From Convolutriloba macropyga (Eukaryota): a stretch of 64,000 nucleotides of DNA. The notes beneath the pieces were generated by a model. That model made no database searches. It saw only the letters and a list, made by a program, of their open reading frames with translations, and was not told where the DNA came from. Each line of letters opens with the position of its first letter. Position 1 is the first letter of the stretch. Shown one piece after another: positions 60,401 through 64,000 of this stretch. Where the stretch lies: NCBI RefSeq assembly GCF_964194025.1, contig NC_134479.1, forward strand, positions 38,874,001 through 38,938,000, in the 5' to 3' direction. The translations under genes and the position numbers were made by a program.

Positions 60401-63400
60401 GGATGGTGCACCTTCTGGGAACCCAAATAACCCCATGTCCAAAAAGGAGGCAAGTGTTCTTTTCACTCGAATACTTTAAGTCATTGAAATCGAAAGTACG
60501 TTGGCTTTACACTCTTAGATATGTTATCAACTAATGTGCCAGCTAGCGTTTTTTAAGAAAATATTGGGTTATGACGAATGAAATTACTGATACGTCTAGG
60601 TGTGTACCAGATATCAGTTAATGTCATGAGTTACTTAGTCAATAGCAACATATGACGTTGCATCTGATCACTACGAAGAGTGAATAAAGATTGTTTGTTG
60701 TTTCTTCTGATTTTTTTCACTCATTGAACTCAATGTGAAGCTTTTCTGTTTACTCGCAGTGATTTTAACGACTCGATAGGACTCAGCTTTTTTTCTGATC
60801 AGGTTGAAGATCTGCTGAAGAAAGGTGCATACGGCGCAGTTATGGACGACGAGGATGCGGCTCAGAAGTTCTGCGAGGAAGATATTGATCAAATTCTCAA
60901 AAAACGAACTCAGGTATTTTTCATTCTTGAATACATCAAATCACCTCATTTTCTAAGATACATGCCTTGATATTGGTAGAACATTGATCGAGAATACTTG
61001 TATGGTTTGATGCACGATGCGAATGAATTGGATAGGAATCTGAACACTTACGATTGGAATGTTAACCACTCTTTTAGGTGATCAAAATCGAAAGCGAAGA
61101 GATAGGATCAACGTTCAGCAAAGCCTCTTTCACCTCAAATGATGCTAACAATGACATCGACTTAAATGACCCGAACTTCTGGGAGAAATGGGCTCAGAAG
61201 GCTAACGTGGATTACGACCAAGCCCTGAAGGATGACCGAATCATTGAGGAACCGAGGACAAGAAGACAAACGAGAAGGTTTGTCGTTTATTCTGATAAAA
61301 GTAAACTGACAAATTTTGTTTCTTTCGAAACGCTCATGTTGCAGCGAAGCATAGCAAAAATACTGTAATGTTAAAATACAGAAATTATGCCATTTTTGTA
61401 CAAGTTCGGGCTATATTTTACACCGGGGCTCAACTTACTGTTTTCTTGAGTTTTGTCATTCTGTTTTTTGTCCAGGTTGTTAATAGCCGCCCTCATCTTC
61501 TCAGCCGGCTATTATAGCGCTCCTATTTTTTTACAATTCAAAGAATTTGAATTGTATTGGGGCGCTGTCTTTTTTATTACGACTCGAAGAGGAGTATTGG
61601 AGAAGTCCTTTTTTTAATCAATTTTATTGGAGTGATTTTTGAAGCGGGAAATGAAACGCGTGAAAAAATTTAGAGTGATTTTGGTGCTGAACAAAAGTGA
61701 AGAGCGGAGCGAAAAGAGAGTGGTTTTTGTTCACACCGCTCTTTTTGAGATTTTCGGGCTAATTTTTGCGTTTTTTTGACGAATATTTTGTTTTACTGGC
61801 TCAAATGGGTATTGAAGAAACCCCTTCTACGTGAGCAACATTATGATAACAATTGGTTACAGTTTTGTGGGTAAGAATCATTTTTTTCTTCAAATATGAC
61901 AAAAAAAATGGCGAAAATCGGAACTATTTTTCTTAATTTTTTGCAGTTTTTCGTTTTTCTGTTTTTTCGATGACTTGCCTATTGTTTTGCGAGCATCTGG
62001 ATACCCTATTGGCTGAAGGGAATTTTTCTTTGGATTCATATGTTTTTGAAATATAAAAAAAAATTAGTAACTTTTTCCAGTTTTCAGTGAAAGTTGTTTT
62101 TTTTTCATATTTTCTTATGAAATATGAGATAGGAAATATTTTTCATATTTTTTTTCATATTTTTAGCCTAAAGTTTTTTTCAAAATTCACATGAGTGGTT
62201 TATGTAAGTTCTATTTGTTTTGATGAAGTTATTTTGGCAGAGATAGTTTTTTCGGGATCTCAATTTATAACAAAATTTGATCAGATTTTTTATCATATTT
62301 TAACAGATTTGATTTTATTGTTTTTACTTTTTTGTTTCATGACTTTGTTTCAAAATAATCATAAATTAGTGAGGGCACGTTTTGTTTGATGAGTAGTTGG
62401 ATGGCGTTTAAATGGATTTTCACTTCGAGTCGTTTGCGGAATTCTTCCGGCTATGTTTTTTTTAAGATCTGTTCACACATTTTCATGATTTTTGAAGTCA
62501 AATTGGAGTAGTGATTTTTGGTCACGCCGAAACAGGAAGTGGAGCGAAAAGCGAGTGGTTTTGCGGCGTGAAATTTTTTCGCTCTAAATTTAAAGTAGAG
62601 TGAGAAAACGGTGTTTGAACAAAAATTCGCTTTCTCGCTAGTGGTTTTTTGTTCACATGCGGCATTTTCGCTTTGATTTTTTCTGTTTTTTCGATTTTTT
62701 GGATCGGATTATTTTTCTAAAGGGTTTTTCCAATCCATTCATAGTCCTTTCTAGGTCTAGTTTTTTGTTTAGTCAATGAAAATTCTTTGAATTGTACGTC
62801 AGGACTTGTCCTGCTATGTTTTTTTACTTCGTCGAATAAAAAAATGTTTCGCTTTACCTCATTTTGCCGCTTTTTGAACATTTTGCGTGAAGTGTTTTTG
62901 ACTTCTCGAGGCTAGTTTCTCTCTTCTCTCATTCTGCTAAAAGTGATTTTGAACATCAGTTGCTCAGCAAAGCAATTCAAAATGAACATAGTCAGTATAA
63001 AAAATTGAAGTCAGAAGTAGAAACGGGATAAACCCATAAAGCCCAATTTTTTTGATGCCCGCTATTTGAACATCGTTCCTATAAGTCTTAGTTACCATCT
63101 CTAATGCTTATTGGTATTGATAGTAGCCCCTGTAGCCTCTCTCTAAGAAACAGAAGTATACAGAAGTATAAGACTTAAAAATGTTTTTGTACAAAAAATC
63201 TTTTTTTCCAAAATCCTCGATTCTTTCAATCCCAATCATGCTTATTGGAATCAACGGTGGCTATTTTCCGGCAATCTGCCGGGTATGTTTTTGTATGAAG
63301 TAAAATCAGCATAATGAGTGTTAATGTTGAAGATTTCTTTTATAGAAGAGAATCATTCAATTGAGTGACAATGATGAAATTTATACCTACCAAAAAAGAA

Positions 63401-64000
63401 ATCGGCTTATTTCATGCTTTTGTATTTAGATTCGAGTACAGTCACGTCAACGATGACATGTATGGACTGTCCGACAGTGACTCAGATGCTAGTGGCTCTG
63501 CTGAGAGTGGTAATGGTAAAACCGAACGAGGCGCTCCTAGGAAGCACAAGAAAAAGGGCGCTGGTAACGCGGACGATAACAGCTCCGATGGTGGTCAAGA
63601 GTTTGTTAGATCCGATCTCTACCAATGCGAGAAGGGTCTGTTAACGTACGGCTGGGGCAATTGGTTGAGAATTATTGAAGGGTGCAAGTTCAGGCGTGAT
63701 ATGACAACAAAGTTAGTCGAAGACTTGTGTCGGTGTATCTTGGCCTATGCATTGCAGTGGTACCAAGGGGATGAGAAGATCCAGCGGTTTATAAGAGAAC
63801 TGATAACTCCTGATAATGACAATATTGAATTCCTAAAATCTCATGCTGCTCAGTCAAGCGTTGCTCCACGAGGTCGGAAATCAGCGCGTGGAAATAAATC
63901 GGATCGATCAAACTCCGAAGCTAAAACGGAAGAGCAAACTCATTGGTCAAACACTGAGAACCTTGAAGCTGTTTTGTGTGATCCAACGTTTCGAAAACAT
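48456..64000 (+). CDS. Chromodomain-helicase-DNA-binding protein of the CHD6-9/kismet subfamily (3' end outside window)
   Basis: Exons 48456-48709, 49036-51782, 52127-52282, 52604-52842, 52973-53533, 58281-58553, 58780-60233, 60299-60449, 60803-60913, 61078-61277, 63430->64000. P/Q/Y-rich N-terminus, two chromodomains ([16 protein letters not shown]; [27 protein letters not shown]), SNF2 ATPase ([34 protein letters not shown]), [15 protein letters not shown] and [10 protein letters not shown]. Confidence 0.95.
54000..54560 (-). mobile_element. Degenerate LINE RT fragment in CHD intron
   Basis: [10 protein letters not shown]...SDWITLK followed by a frameshifted GIPQGTI-like sequence (plus strand gtaccttgtggaatcc, ~54167-54182). 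Confidence 0.55.
54805..55770 (+). mobile_element. HINE/DINE-like element, family A, with internal tandem duplication and nested MITE
   Basis: 5' aatagccgc..gcggctat; 3' gcggctatt tt ccggca atc tgccgg ctatg tt. Internal repeat at ~55053-55310 / 55311-55705. Confidence 0.8.
55417..55565. mobile_element. MITE with 21-bp TIRs and 8-bp TSD, copy 2
   Basis: GGATCTTCTCCGTTTGTGCCC / GGGCACAAACGGAAAAGATCC (1 mismatch). TSD taattttg at 55409-55416 and 55566-55573. The MITE is absent from the sister tandem unit near 55140. Confidence 0.9.
56759..57805 (+). mobile_element. HINE/DINE-like element, family A variant
   Basis: T-run + atagctgcg..gagctat 5' end and 3' hairpin ccggcaatctgccggctatgtt. Internal sequence is shared with 62465-62820. 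Confidence 0.75.
61482..63290 (+). mobile_element. HINE/DINE-like element, family A, interrupted by a family B element
   Basis: 5' aatagccgc..cggctatt; 3' ggctattttccggcaatctgccgggtatgttt. Colinear with the 56759 copy once 61576-62455 is removed. Confidence 0.78.
61576..62455 (+). mobile_element. Nested HINE/DINE-like element, family B
   Basis: 11-bp sub-terminal inverted repeat acgactcgaag (61579-61589) / cttcgagtcgt (62423-62433), 3' hairpin cggaa ttc ttccg + ctatg, T-runs on both sides. Confidence 0.78.

Overview
AT-rich eukaryotic (metazoan, probably invertebrate) genomic DNA in two halves. The first ~32.5 kb is almost all transposon debris. It holds a young, nearly intact two-ORF CR1/L2-group LINE (4.8-9.6 kb, minus strand), Penelope-like remnants and a ~12 kb tandem array of ~2.8 kb chimeric units built from CRE-clade and L2/CR1-type retrotransposon pieces. 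It also holds an older full-length LINE (25.5-29.8 kb) that seems to carry an extra SGNH-like ORF, and Helentron-type non-autonomous elements (HINE/DINE-like). The second half has six closely packed genes, all on the + strand: UBE2J2, LRRC46-like, a U1/matrin-type zinc-finger ORF, FOXRED1, BCCIP and a CHD7/8/9 (kismet-like) remodeller that runs off the window. The most interesting signal is that each gene's first coding exon is preceded by an apparently unpaired TTTCAG/TTCCAG splice acceptor. Four of the six leaders also contain a minimal ATG-stop uORF, and BCCIP ends only ~295 nt before the CHD acceptor. Together these suggest spliced-leader trans-splicing and an operon-like polycistron, which is an inference and not proven. 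Other points: a candidate GG-AG intron in BCCIP, a GC-AG intron in CHD, nested HINEs and a MITE with 8-bp TSDs, and a telomeric array at a duplication breakpoint. All family assignments come from motif recognition by eye; no searches were run.
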